The notes beneath the pieces were generated by a model that was not told the origin of the DNA, did no database searches, and saw only the letters and a program-made list of their open reading frames with translations. Shown here piece by piece: positions 27,398 through 37,272 of a stretch of DNA of 64,000 bases. The DNA comes from Oscillospiraceae bacterium. Lineage in GTDB: Bacteria > Bacillota > Clostridia > Oscillospirales > CAG-382. Both the position numbers and the translations under genes were made by a program. Position 1 is the first letter of the stretch. Each line of letters starts with the position of its first letter. The stretch lies in assembly GCA_015064485.1 (NCBI GenBank), contig SVSD01000001.1, positions 88,989 through 152,988 of the forward strand. Reading direction: 5' to 3'.

Positions 27398-27455
27398 CGA
27401 ACCCCTGACCTTTTGGTTCGTAGCCAAACACTCTATCCAGCTGAGCTAGCAGCGC
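27379..27455 (-). tRNA. tRNA-Arg (anticodon ACG), CCA encoded
   Basis: Minus-strand read gcgctgctagctcagctggatagagtgtttggctACGaaccaaaaggtcaggggttcgagtcccttgcagcgcgcca. 77 nt. Confidence 0.9.
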
Positions 27456-27480
27456 AAGGGTAACTTTCGTTAACTCCTAT

Positions 27481-27509
27481 ATATTATCATAAAAGACTTT
27501 GTTTGTCAA
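27481..27509 (-). promoter_or_regulatory. Promoter of tRNA-Arg(ACG)
   Basis: Minus strand TTGACA (27509-27504), 17-nt spacer, TAATAT (27486-27481). Confidence 0.6.
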
Positions 27510-27587
27510 TATGCTTTTGAGAAAAAATGTAAAGATTTTTAAGTGCTTTTTTGGTTGTTTTAACCGAATATTTGTTGCTGACCATTT

Positions 27588-28226
27588 CTAAACAATTCCT
27601 TCCATCTCATTTAATCCTATCACATACGACGGAATTCCCTCTTTTGCCGGAAACAGCACATCTTCATCATAATAAAAGGCTACTCCCCTTGCTGTGAGAT
27701 AAAATCTGTTTTCGTCAAACAGCCTTTTTGCCTTAAATACCGCGTCGGGAAAATACGAAAAGCCTCCATCGGATGTCATAATTTTTGAGCATATTTCGTC
27801 TGCATAAAGCTTTTTTGCTTTTCTGTTTGTCGGGAAAATCCGGCTTGCTTTCAAGGGCTGAGGGTATTTCTCATTCAAAAGCCAGTTGTCCGTAAACCTT
27901 TCCTTCCTTTTTTCTTTTCCGTCAAAAAATGACGCGCTTGTGATAACGGACATATATTTATCGTCAATATAAGGGATATATGTATGCATCAAAGCAGAGC
28001 ATTTGAAATTTATATTTTGCATTCCCGGAGAAGAAAAAAGCTTTGTTTTACAGTATTTTTCAAATTCTTCTGCACCTTTTTTGTAAAAATCATTGAGCTT
28101 TTCTGTTACAGTATTTCTCTTCTCGCTTTCGAACGAAGGATAAGATATATTTATAAACAATATATCCTTGCCGTCTTTTTCAAGCGTTTCTTTGTTTTGC
28201 ACCATCTTATATGTCATATGCGCCAT
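27588..28226 (-). CDS. Hypothetical protein (possibly DUF3298/DUF4163-like)
   Basis: 212-aa ORF with no signal peptide. Family resemblance is weak and from memory only. Confidence 0.4.
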   Translation of the reverse strand: MAHMTYKMVQNKETLEKDGKDILFINISYPSFESEKRNTVTEKLNDFYKKGAEEFEKYCKTKLFSSPGMQNINFKCSALMHTYIPYIDDKYMSVITSASFFDGKEKRKERFTDNWLLNEKYPQPLKASRIFPTNRKAKKLYADEICSKIMTSDGGFSYFPDAVFKAKRLFDENRFYLTARGVAFYYDEDVLFPAKEGIPSYVIGLNEMEGIV

Positions 28227-28437
28227 AATATCACCTCACAGTTTTTATATAGTATATGTTTTCCTTATTCAAATTGAGCCTTTTTCACTTAACTTTCACA
28301 TCAAAACAAACTTTTTTGTGTCGCTGTTCAAAATTCGGCAACAAATAAATGATATAATTTTTACTATTAAGTATATAATGCGGAGAGTGTTTTTTGAATT
28401 TCCGTATTTCAACAATCCGAAAGGAAAAGAAAAACAG

Positions 28438-29373
28438 ATGATAGAATTATCGGGAATTGTTAAAAAATACGGCAATCTTTATGCCGTAAACGACATCTCG
28501 TTCAAGATTGGAAAAGGCGAGATCGTCGGATTTTTAGGCCCAAACGGTGCCGGCAAAAGTACCACAATGAATATTTTGACAGGCTATCTTTCCGCAACCT
28601 CGGGAACTGTCAAAATCGACGGAATAGATATACTCGAAAATCCCATAAAGGCAAAGCGTCGCATAGGCTTTTTACCCGAACAGCCTCCCCTTTATCTTGA
28701 TATGACCGTAAACGAATATCTCAATTTCGTTTATGATCTGAAACATTGCACACTTAACCGCAAAAAGCATATTGCGGAAATCTGCGATGTTGTAAAAATC
28801 AGCGATGTGAGCCACAGAATAATCGGCCATCTTTCGAAAGGTTACCGTCAGCGTGTCGGTATTGCTCAGGCTCTTATCGGAAATCCCCCCGTACTTATTT
28901 TTGACGAACCGACCGTCGGTCTTGACCCTCAGCAGATAATAGATATAAGAGAACTTATCCATTCTCTCGGTCAGAAACATACCGTAATTCTCTCTACTCA
29001 TATTCTTTCGGAAGTTCAGGCTGTATGTGACAGAATCATTGTTATCAACAAAGGAAGACTTGTTGCAGACGAAAAAACCGCAGATATCGGAAAAGCCGTC
29101 AAGGGCGCAAAAAAGCTTTCTGCAAAAATCTGCGGAGAGCCGTCAAAGGTTTGCTCGGTTCTTGAAAATACCGAAGGCGTTTTTCGTGTCGAATGTGTAA
29201 AGCAGTCGGAGTACGGAAGCTTTGAATACATAATTGATACCGACAGCGGAGTTTGCGTTGAAAAGCCTATATTCTTTGCTCTTGCAAAAGAAGCCCTTCC
29301 CATAATTGAAATCACAAATTCTCAGTCAAGCCTTGAGGATGTGTTTATTTCGATAGTCGGCGAAAACAAGTGA
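28438..29373 (+). CDS. ABC transporter ATP-binding protein
   Basis: ATG 28438 (MIELSGIVKKYG). Walker A GPNGAGKST, signature LSKGYRQR, Walker B LIFDEPTVGLD. Confidence 0.88.
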   Translation: MIELSGIVKKYGNLYAVNDISFKIGKGEIVGFLGPNGAGKSTTMNILTGYLSATSGTVKIDGIDILENPIKAKRRIGFLPEQPPLYLDMTVNEYLNFVYDLKHCTLNRKKHIAEICDVVKISDVSHRIIGHLSKGYRQRVGIAQALIGNPPVLIFDEPTVGLDPQQIIDIRELIHSLGQKHTVILSTHILSEVQAVCDRIIVINKGRLVADEKTADIGKAVKGAKKLSAKICGEPSKVCSVLENTEGVFRVECVKQSEYGSFEYIIDTDSGVCVEKPIFFALAKEALPIIEITNSQSSLEDVFISIVGENK

Positions 29374-29389
29374 AAGGAGAAATAAGACT

Positions 29390-30106
29390 GTGTTTCCTGT
29401 TTATAAAAGAGAAATGAGAGCGTATTTCACCTCTCCGATAGGATATATTTTTATGGCGGTGTTGCTCGCACTTTCAGGCGGTATCTTTTCGCTTGTAAAT
29501 GTCTGGCTTTTCAAAACTACCGACACAACATTTTATTTCATTGCAATGCTTTGTATGTCCACTGTGCTTATCCCCTTGCTTACGATGAAACTTTTTTCTG
29601 AAGAAAGAAAGGCAAAGACCGAACAGATTCTTTTAACTTCCCCCGTCAGCCTTTTCGGAATAGTTTTTGCGAAATTTGCGGCGGCTTTTACACTGTTTTC
29701 GGTAACATTTGTTTTTTCTTGTTCCGTAAACTTTTTAACCCTTTCCCAGATAGCAAAAAAAACTCCTGTTTTTTCCCAGTATGCAGGTAATATCCTCGGC
29801 GTTATTCTTATCGGCGCAGCGTTTATCGCAGTCGGCATTTTTATGTCATCTCTTACTGAAAATCAGCTTATCTCCGCCGTTACCACATTTTGTGTGATCC
29901 TTGTTATGCTTCTTCTTAGAGTTCTTGCCGATTATGTCGGTAACACCCTTTTGCGCTCGGTTGTAAAATGGTTTTCGGTGCTCGACAGATTTGCATATTT
30001 TACCGGCGGAATTTTATCTATACCCGCAATTATATATTTTATAAGCCTTTCGGGAGTGTTTCTCTTCCTTACTGCCCGTGTGTATGAAGCACGCCGCTGG
30101 AACTGA
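29390..30106 (+). CDS. ABC-2-type transporter permease (GldF-like)
   Basis: Six hydrophobic segments. Follows the ATPase gene by 16 nt. Confidence 0.75.
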   Translation: MFPVYKREMRAYFTSPIGYIFMAVLLALSGGIFSLVNVWLFKTTDTTFYFIAMLCMSTVLIPLLTMKLFSEERKAKTEQILLTSPVSLFGIVFAKFAAAFTLFSVTFVFSCSVNFLTLSQIAKKTPVFSQYAGNILGVILIGAAFIAVGIFMSSLTENQLISAVTTFCVILVMLLLRVLADYVGNTLLRSVVKWFSVLDRFAYFTGGILSIPAIIYFISLSGVFLFLTARVYEARRWN

Positions 30107-30124
30107 TATTTGAGGAGGAGAAAA

Positions 30125-31600
30125 ATGCTTAATAAAATTTTACATACCAAAAAATTCAAATACGGCTCTGCCGCCGCAACGCTTACCGCAATATTTATTG
30201 TGATAATTCTGCTTTTTAACGGTATCATCTCGGCTCTCGGTACACAATTCAGCTTATACGCAGAAATATCCGGAGAAAAGTACTATACGCTCGGCAATAC
30301 CACAAAAACCCTTTTATCCGAAACGGATGATGAAATATCTATCGTTTTCTTTGCGGAAAAGGATCTTCTTATCGAAAACAGCTCGATGGAAATGATAGTT
30401 ACTCTTGCCGAAAAATATTCGACGGAATTTAAGAATATCTCGGTAAAATATATTGACCTTGTGAGAAACAACAAGGAAGCAAGGGCTCTTGCAAACCTTT
30501 CCACCGACGGCGGAACACTCCATACAACAGATGTTATAATCCGTTCCGAAAAAACGGGTAAGGTCTCAAAGCCGCTTTCCGGAAATTCGTTTTTTACCGT
30601 AAACGACAGCAACGCTGTTCTCGGATTTAACGGCGAAAGAAGATTTACAGAATCTATACTTGCGGTTGCAAACTCTTCTGATGATAAAGTCGTTATAATA
30701 ACAGGTCACGGAGAAACCGAAAATCTTGTAAACCTCTCGGAGCTTCTTGTGGGTGCAGGATATGACCAAACAGAACAAATAAAGGTTGACCTTTCGAAAA
30801 ACGATATTCCTGAAAACACAAAGCTTGTTATAATAAATAACCCGAAGCTTGACTTCCTCGGAGGAAAAGCAACAAGCGGCAACGGTGTAAACGAGATCGA
30901 AAAGCTCAACCGCTATCTCAAAAACTACGGCAACATTCTTGTTCTTCTTAACAACGAAACAGGCACACTTACAAATCTTTCCGAATTCTTAAACGAAAAC
31001 GGTATCTCCTATACTTCCGGCTATACTGTTTCCGATACTGCAGAGAATTCAAGATACGGCTCGCTTGGAAGAGCGGTACACGCGTCCTTTAAGCAAAACA
31101 CAAACAACGCAGTCGTCGAAAGACTTTCGTCAAAAACCGATATTTCTTCTGCTCATATAGTGATGAATTCCACAACGCCCTTAAAGGTCGATAACGAAAA
31201 AGCAGCAGCCGTTCTTGTAAGCTCTCCCGGAGCTAAGGTTACAAACGGTACCCTTCCCGTAAGTTCGGGCGAACAGGTACTTCTTGCAGTTTCATCAAAA
31301 ATGAATTATGTAAAGAACGAGGAAAAATGGTCAAACCTCTTCGTTTCAGGCTCTACCGACCTTGTTCACGCAGACCTTAATTACTCTACCAAAAACGCAG
31401 ATCTTTTGAGAAATATCCTTTCTGTTGCAGGTACTGTAGATGTTGTAACAGATATCGAAACTGTTCCCTTTGCCGATACAAACATATCGGGTATCACAAC
31501 TGCACAGGCTATGCATATCACAAGAATAACCACTCTTTTCCCAGCTGTCATAATTCTTTGTGTAGGTGCATATGTGTTTATCAAAAGAAAGAGGCTTTAA
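30125..31600 (+). CDS. GldG-like ABC-transporter auxiliary protein
   Basis: ATG 30125 after GAGGAGGAG. N- and C-terminal TM anchors around a large extracytoplasmic domain. Position after the ABC-2 permease is typical. Confidence 0.65.
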   Translation: MLNKILHTKKFKYGSAAATLTAIFIVIILLFNGIISALGTQFSLYAEISGEKYYTLGNTTKTLLSETDDEISIVFFAEKDLLIENSSMEMIVTLAEKYSTEFKNISVKYIDLVRNNKEARALANLSTDGGTLHTTDVIIRSEKTGKVSKPLSGNSFFTVNDSNAVLGFNGERRFTESILAVANSSDDKVVIITGHGETENLVNLSELLVGAGYDQTEQIKVDLSKNDIPENTKLVIINNPKLDFLGGKATSGNGVNEIEKLNRYLKNYGNILVLLNNETGTLTNLSEFLNENGISYTSGYTVSDTAENSRYGSLGRAVHASFKQNTNNAVVERLSSKTDISSAHIVMNSTTPLKVDNEKAAAVLVSSPGAKVTNGTLPVSSGEQVLLAVSSKMNYVKNEEKWSNLFVSGSTDLVHADLNYSTKNADLLRNILSVAGTVDVVTDIETVPFADTNISGITTAQAMHITRITTLFPAVIILCVGAYVFIKRKRL

Positions 31601-33055
31601 ATGACAAAGAATAATAAAATCATAATAATTTCGGGTGTTTTGCTTATAATCCTTCTTGCCGCAGTATACGGTATTATGAGTATTGCGGGAAAATCTTCTG
31701 AAACTGATGACAAAGGCGAAACAAATATAACCGAAACTGTCGTTGAAAAGGTCTTTTCACAAAACACTCCGGATAAGCTTAATTCGATCCTTCTTTCTAA
31801 AGACGGTAAAAACGAATATTTTATCCGCCGTGATGAAACAATCGGTAATTTCCTTATCGACGGTCTTGAAAAGCAAAGCTACTCAGATTCTTTTGATTAT
31901 CTGATCTCATCGGTTATGGGCCTTTCGGTCATCGAAAAAATTGATGATCCCCTTGCCGACAGCGAATACGGGCTTTCGTTCGACAGCAGCCCCTATATTC
32001 TCACAGTTACATTTACCGACGGCAAAAGCGAAACTGTGTATATCGGTTCACAGCTGCTGACAGGAAACGGTTATTATTGCAAAAAAGAATCCGAGACTTC
32101 TGTGTTTGTTATCGGAAACGCCGCAAACAGCTTTCTGAAAGACAAGTATTCGCTCGTCTCTCCGCTTCTTGAAAAGGAGCTTGACAGATCAAAATATCAC
32201 TATACCGAAAATCTTGAGGTATATAAAAACAACGAAAAGCTTGTACATATTGCTCTTGTTCCCGAAAACTTGCAGGATAAGACAGATGCCTACGGATACT
32301 ATACGATGCTTTATCCTTCAAACGAATATTCAGTATCCGATGTGAGCTACGACAATATGCTCAAAATGCTCATCTCCCCTCAGGTAAATACCGTAATTAC
32401 AACAGACCTTTCGGATGAAAATCTCATAAAATACGGGTTTATGGCAGAAGACGGCAGCTTTATGCCGTCCTGCGAAATAAACTACACCCTGGACGGAGAA
32501 AAGCGCATCCTTTATTTCGGGAAGCGCACAGAGGACGGACTTGTTTATATTATGTCCCCCAGAACAAGCTTTATCGGTATTGCAGGGGTTGAAAGCCATT
32601 TTCCCTTTATTGACTGGGAGCTTATAGATTATGTAAATCCCGCACTTTTCGGGATGAATATCAATCATCTTTCAAAGCTTACCGTTCAGGGTTACGGCAT
32701 TACCGACACATATACCACAGAAGGCGAAGGTAAAGAGCTTGTTGTCAAAAACCATCTCGGCGCTGTAATAAACACACAGAATTTCAGAAATTTCTACCGG
32801 GTTCTTCTTATGACAAATATGGAAGGCTACGCAGAAAGCAAAAACACCGACGACTGGATGCTTTCATTCAGAATCGAAAAGCGTGACGGAAGAGTTACCG
32901 AGTACAAATTTTACAGAATTTCAAATCTGAAATGCTTCTACACAGTAAACGGCAAGGGCGAATTTTATGTCAGCCTTGACGATGTGGAAAAAATCCTTTC
33001 GGATGCAAAGAAACTTGCCGCAGGTGAAGAGATAGATCCTGATGCAAGAGTGTAA
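31601..33055 (+). CDS. DUF4340-like protein, fourth member of the ABC/GldG set
   Basis: N-terminal TM anchor. ATG abuts the upstream stop (TAAATG). Confidence 0.6.
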   Translation: MTKNNKIIIISGVLLIILLAAVYGIMSIAGKSSETDDKGETNITETVVEKVFSQNTPDKLNSILLSKDGKNEYFIRRDETIGNFLIDGLEKQSYSDSFDYLISSVMGLSVIEKIDDPLADSEYGLSFDSSPYILTVTFTDGKSETVYIGSQLLTGNGYYCKKESETSVFVIGNAANSFLKDKYSLVSPLLEKELDRSKYHYTENLEVYKNNEKLVHIALVPENLQDKTDAYGYYTMLYPSNEYSVSDVSYDNMLKMLISPQVNTVITTDLSDENLIKYGFMAEDGSFMPSCEINYTLDGEKRILYFGKRTEDGLVYIMSPRTSFIGIAGVESHFPFIDWELIDYVNPALFGMNINHLSKLTVQGYGITDTYTTEGEGKELVVKNHLGAVINTQNFRNFYRVLLMTNMEGYAESKNTDDWMLSFRIEKRDGRVTEYKFYRISNLKCFYTVNGKGEFYVSLDDVEKILSDAKKLAAGEEIDPDARV

Positions 33056-33063
33056 ATAAAAAT

Positions 33064-33101
33064 AAAACGGCAATCCTGTTTGGGATTGCCGTTATTTTTT
33101 T
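33064..33101 (+). terminator. Terminator of the ABC/GldG operon
   Basis: 10-bp stem acggcaatcc / ggattgccgt followed by a T-run. Confidence 0.8.
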
Positions 33102-33127
33102 GTTCTGTTTTCCAAAATGCATATTTT

Positions 33128-33142
33128 TGCACAATATGTGCA
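33128..33142. promoter_or_regulatory. Candidate operator palindrome upstream of the acyl-CoA ligase/ior promoter
   Basis: Perfect TGCACA-ATA-TGTGCA. Further TGCAT-type half-sites at ~33118, 33184 and 33242. Confidence 0.3.
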
Positions 33143-33172
33143 TAAACTTGCGGAAATGGCACAAATCCGCTA

Positions 33173-33201
33173 TTGACAAAAAAGTGCATGGGGTATATAA
33201 T
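33173..33201 (+). promoter_or_regulatory. Promoter of the acyl-CoA ligase-iorAB-aminotransferase cluster
   Basis: TTGACA (33173-33178), 17-nt spacer, TATAAT (33196-33201). Confidence 0.6.
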
Positions 33202-33274
33202 TTAAATGGCTCTTTATTTATATATAAAGAAGATAATTAAATGCATATTGCAATTACATAGAAAGGACACTGAA

Positions 33275-34909
33275 ATGCCCATTACAGAATTTTTGGAAAA
33301 AAATGCCCGCGAATTCGGCGACGAGGTTTGTCTTGTGGAAATAAACCCGGAATTTAAACCCGAAAGCCGTATAACCTGGCGCGAATATTCGCTTATGCAG
33401 CCTGTTCCCGGCGAACCTTTGCGCCGCGAACTTACATGGACCGATTTCGATAAAAAAGCAAACCGCTTTGCAAATCTTCTTCTTTCCAGAGGCCTGAAAA
33501 AAGGTGATAAGGTTGCCATCCTTATGATGAACTCCATCGAATGGCTTCCCGCATATTTCGGTATTTTAAAAGCGGGAGCTGTTGCTGTTCCCCTCAACTA
33601 CCGCTATACAGCAGATGAAATCAAATACTGCCTTAAAAAAGCTGATGTTTCCATCCTTATCTTCGGTCCTGAATTTGTAGGCCGTATCGAGGAGATATAT
33701 AACAGAATTCCCGAAGTAAAGCAGCTGTTTTATGTTGGCGAGGACTGTCCTTCGTTTGCAGACAGTTTTGAAAGCTTTATAACCTTTTGTACATCCCATA
33801 AACCTGAAGTTGAAATCTGCGACGATGATGACGGTGCAATCTATTTCTCGTCGGGCACAACAGGCTTCCCCAAGGCAATTCTTCATAAGCACAGAAGCCT
33901 TGTGCACGCTTGTCTTACAGAGCAGAACCATCACGGTCAGACTCACGACGATGTATTCCTTTGCATCCCGCCTCTTTATCATACCGGCGCCAAGATGCAC
34001 TGGTTCGGAAGTCTTGTTGTCGGCGGTAAGGCTGTTCTTCTCAAAGGTGTACGCCCTGACTGGATAATAAAGACTGTTTCGGAAGAAAAATGTTCTATCG
34101 TCTGGCTTCTTGTGCCGTGGGCGCAGGAAATTCTCGATTCTATCGATTCGGGTGCTATTGACCTTTCCGAATATGAGCTTTCTCAGTGGCGTCTTATGCA
34201 CATCGGCGCACAGCCGGTTCCGCCCAGCCTTATCAAGCGCTGGCTTAAGACCTTCCCTCATCACAAATACGACACAAACTACGGTCTGAGCGAATCCATA
34301 GGTCCCGGTTGTGTTCACCTCGGTGTTGAAAATGTTCACAAGGTAGGTGCCATCGGAAAAGCGGGTTACGGTTGGGAAGTCAAGATTATTGACGAAAATG
34401 GCAACACCGTTGAAAGAGGCGGTGTCGGTGAGCTTTGTGTCAAGGGCCCCGGCGTTATGACCTGCTATTACAAGGACGAAAAGGCTTCTGAGGAAGTTTT
34501 ACACGACGGATGGCTTTATACAGGAGATGTGGCTCAGGAAGACGAAGACGGATTTATCTATCTTGTAGACAGAAAGAAGGATGTTATAATCTCCGGCGGT
34601 GAAAATCTTTACCCCGTACAGATAGAAGACTTCCTGCGCAAGATGGAAGAAATAAAGGATGTTGCCGTAATCGGCCTTCCCGACGCAAGACTCGGCGAGG
34701 CGGCAGCGGCTATCATCGAAGTAAGAGAAGGATTTTCTCTTACCGAAGAGGAAGTAAATGATTTCTGCTGCGATCTCCCGAGATACAAGCGTCCCCGACA
34801 TATTATATTTGCTGAAATCCCCCGTAACCCTACGGGTAAGATAGAAAAGCCCAAGCTTCGTGAAATATACGGAAGCTCAAGCCTTGTGGCTCAGCAGACA
34901 ACAAAATAA
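33275..34909 (+). CDS. AMP-forming acyl-CoA synthetase (ANL superfamily)
   Basis: ATG 33275 after AAAGGA. AMP-binding motifs YFSSGTTGFPKAI, YGLSE, GWLYTGD and GKIEK. Confidence 0.82.
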   Translation: MPITEFLEKNAREFGDEVCLVEINPEFKPESRITWREYSLMQPVPGEPLRRELTWTDFDKKANRFANLLLSRGLKKGDKVAILMMNSIEWLPAYFGILKAGAVAVPLNYRYTADEIKYCLKKADVSILIFGPEFVGRIEEIYNRIPEVKQLFYVGEDCPSFADSFESFITFCTSHKPEVEICDDDDGAIYFSSGTTGFPKAILHKHRSLVHACLTEQNHHGQTHDDVFLCIPPLYHTGAKMHWFGSLVVGGKAVLLKGVRPDWIIKTVSEEKCSIVWLLVPWAQEILDSIDSGAIDLSEYELSQWRLMHIGAQPVPPSLIKRWLKTFPHHKYDTNYGLSESIGPGCVHLGVENVHKVGAIGKAGYGWEVKIIDENGNTVERGGVGELCVKGPGVMTCYYKDEKASEEVLHDGWLYTGDVAQEDEDGFIYLVDRKKDVIISGGENLYPVQIEDFLRKMEEIKDVAVIGLPDARLGEAAAAIIEVREGFSLTEEEVNDFCCDLPRYKRPRHIIFAEIPRNPTGKIEKPKLREIYGSSSLVAQQTTK

Positions 34910-34939
34910 GAAAATTTTACCGAAAGGATATATCCCAAA

Positions 34940-36682
34940 ATGGAAAAGAAAGAGCTGATGCTCGGTAATGCCGCAATTGCCCGCGGTGCATACGAGGCGG
35001 GTGTGCGTGTGGTTTCTTCGTACCCCGGCACTCCCAGCACGGAAATTACCGAAAATATTGTAAAATACGACGAAATATATGCAGAATGGGCTCCCAACGA
35101 AAAGGTTGCGGCGGAAGTTGCAATCGGAGCTGCAATCGGCGGTGCAAGAGCTATGACATGCTGTAAGCATGTTGGTCTTAATGTTATGGCAGATCCCGTT
35201 TTCACAATGAGCTATATCGGTGCAAACGGCGGTCTTGTAATTTGCGTTGCAGACGACCCCGGAATGCATTCCTCCCAGAACGAGCAGGATTCCCGTCATT
35301 ATGCGGCGGCATCAAAAATTATGATGCTTGAGCCCTCCGATTCTCAGGAATGTAAAGAATTTACACGCATCGCATTTGATATGAGCGAAGAATACGATAC
35401 TCCCGCTTTTATCCGTCTTTCCACCCGCGTTTCCCACTCTCAGAGTATTGTAACCTGCGGCGAAAGAAAAGATGCGCCCCTTAAGGATTACATAAAGGAT
35501 CCTCAGAAATATGTTATGATGCCCGCAATGGCTAAAAAACGCCATGTGGTTGTTGAAGAACGCATCGCAAAGCTTAAGGAATTTGCGGAAACTACAGACC
35601 TTAACCCGATCGAAAACAACAACAAGAAGATAGGCGTTATAAGTGCGGGTATTGCGTATGTTTATGCAAAGGAAGCCCTCGGCGACAGCGTAAATTATCT
35701 CAAGCTCGGTATGGTTTATCCCCTTCCCGAAAAAAAGATCATAGAATTTGCGAAAATGTGCGACAAGCTTTATATTATTGAAGAGCTTGATCCCATCATC
35801 GAAACTCATGTAAGAGCACTCGGCGTTGAATGTGTCGGCAAAGAAGCCTTTTCGCTTCTCGGAGAATACACTCCTGCTATGATTAAAAAAGCCGTTCTTG
35901 GCGAAAAAGCTCCCGAATGTGCTGAAATATCCGAAGACATCCCCGTTCGTCCTCCCGTCATGTGTGCAGGATGCCCCCACAGAGGAACATTTTATGTCTT
36001 AAAGAAACTCGGTCTTACAGTTTCGGGAGATATCGGATGCTATACTCTCGGCGCGGCGGCGCCTTTGGCATCGGTTGATACAACCATCTGTATGGGTGCT
36101 TCCGTATCTGCCGCTCTCGGTATGGCAAAAGCAAGAGGAGATGAGTTTGCAAAGAAGCTCGTTTCTGTTATCGGAGATTCAACATTTATGCACTCCGGCA
36201 TAACCGGTCTTATCGATATCGTATACAATAAGGGTATCAATACCGTTATCATTCTTGACAACTCCATAACAGGTATGACAGGCCATCAGGATAACCCCAC
36301 AACAGGCAAAACAATAAGAGGCGAGGCAACAAAGCAGGTAAACCTTATCGAGCTTTGCCATGCCTGCGGAATAGACAGCATCGTTGTGGCAGATCCCTTT
36401 GATGTTAAAAACTTCGAAAAGGTTGTAAAGGAAGAAGTCGAAAAGGATGAGCCTTCTGTTATCATTGCTCAGCGTCCCTGTGCACTTCTTAAAACAGTTA
36501 AATATACAGGTCATTGCAAGATCGGGGACAATTGCCGCAACTGCAAACTTTGTATGAAACTCGGCTGTCCCGCGATTACTATCAAAGAAGGAAAAGTAGT
36601 TATTGATGAAACCCAGTGCAACGGATGCGGACTTTGTATAAATGTCTGCCCGTTTGGCGCAATAAGCAAGGAGGGAAACTGA
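34940..36682 (+). CDS. iorA: Indolepyruvate:ferredoxin oxidoreductase alpha subunit
   Basis: 580 aa. TPP-binding GDSTFMHSG. Two C-terminal ferredoxin motifs CRNCKLCMKLGCP and CNGCGLCINVCP. Confidence 0.85.
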   Translation: MEKKELMLGNAAIARGAYEAGVRVVSSYPGTPSTEITENIVKYDEIYAEWAPNEKVAAEVAIGAAIGGARAMTCCKHVGLNVMADPVFTMSYIGANGGLVICVADDPGMHSSQNEQDSRHYAAASKIMMLEPSDSQECKEFTRIAFDMSEEYDTPAFIRLSTRVSHSQSIVTCGERKDAPLKDYIKDPQKYVMMPAMAKKRHVVVEERIAKLKEFAETTDLNPIENNNKKIGVISAGIAYVYAKEALGDSVNYLKLGMVYPLPEKKIIEFAKMCDKLYIIEELDPIIETHVRALGVECVGKEAFSLLGEYTPAMIKKAVLGEKAPECAEISEDIPVRPPVMCAGCPHRGTFYVLKKLGLTVSGDIGCYTLGAAAPLASVDTTICMGASVSAALGMAKARGDEFAKKLVSVIGDSTFMHSGITGLIDIVYNKGINTVIILDNSITGMTGHQDNPTTGKTIRGEATKQVNLIELCHACGIDSIVVADPFDVKNFEKVVKEEVEKDEPSVIIAQRPCALLKTVKYTGHCKIGDNCRNCKLCMKLGCPAITIKEGKVVIDETQCNGCGLCINVCPFGAISKEGN

Positions 36683-36683
36683 C

Positions 36684-37259
36684 ATGGCAACAAAGAATAT
36701 TATGATAGTCGGCGTGGGCGGTCAGGGAACGCTTCTTGCAAGCAGAATTCTCGGAAATTTATGTACTTCCCTCGGATATGATGTAAAGGTTTCTGAAGTT
36801 CACGGTATGAGTCAGCGCGGCGGAAGCGTTGTTACATATGTAAAATACTCGGGCGAAGAAAAGGTTTATTCCCCAATCATCGACAAGGGTGAGGCCGATA
36901 TCGTTCTTGCTTTTGAACTTCTTGAGGCATACAGAGCACTCCCTTATGTTAAAAAGGGAGGAAAGATGATCGTAAACACACAGAAGATAGATCCGATGCC
37001 CGTAATCACAGGTGCTTGTCAGTATCCTTCCGACATCGAGGAAAAGATCTCCTCCTGCGTCGATCTTACAAGCATTGATGCTCTTTCTCTTGCAAAAAAA
37101 GCCGGAAATATCAAGGCCGTAAATGTCGTTCTTATCGGTATTATGGCTAAAAACACAGACATTCCTTATGATAAATGGATCGAAACCATCAAAACTACCG
37201 TTCCCGAAAAATTCCTTGATGTAAATCTTGAAGCTTTCAACCTCGGTTACAACGCATAA
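36684..37259 (+). CDS. iorB: Indolepyruvate:ferredoxin oxidoreductase beta subunit
   Basis: IVGVGGQGTLLASRIL.. and ..HGMSQRGGSV. Starts 2 nt after the iorA stop. Confidence 0.82.
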   Translation: MATKNIMIVGVGGQGTLLASRILGNLCTSLGYDVKVSEVHGMSQRGGSVVTYVKYSGEEKVYSPIIDKGEADIVLAFELLEAYRALPYVKKGGKMIVNTQKIDPMPVITGACQYPSDIEEKISSCVDLTSIDALSLAKKAGNIKAVNVVLIGIMAKNTDIPYDKWIETIKTTVPEKFLDVNLEAFNLGYNA

Positions 37260-37272
37260 AGGAAGGTCTATT

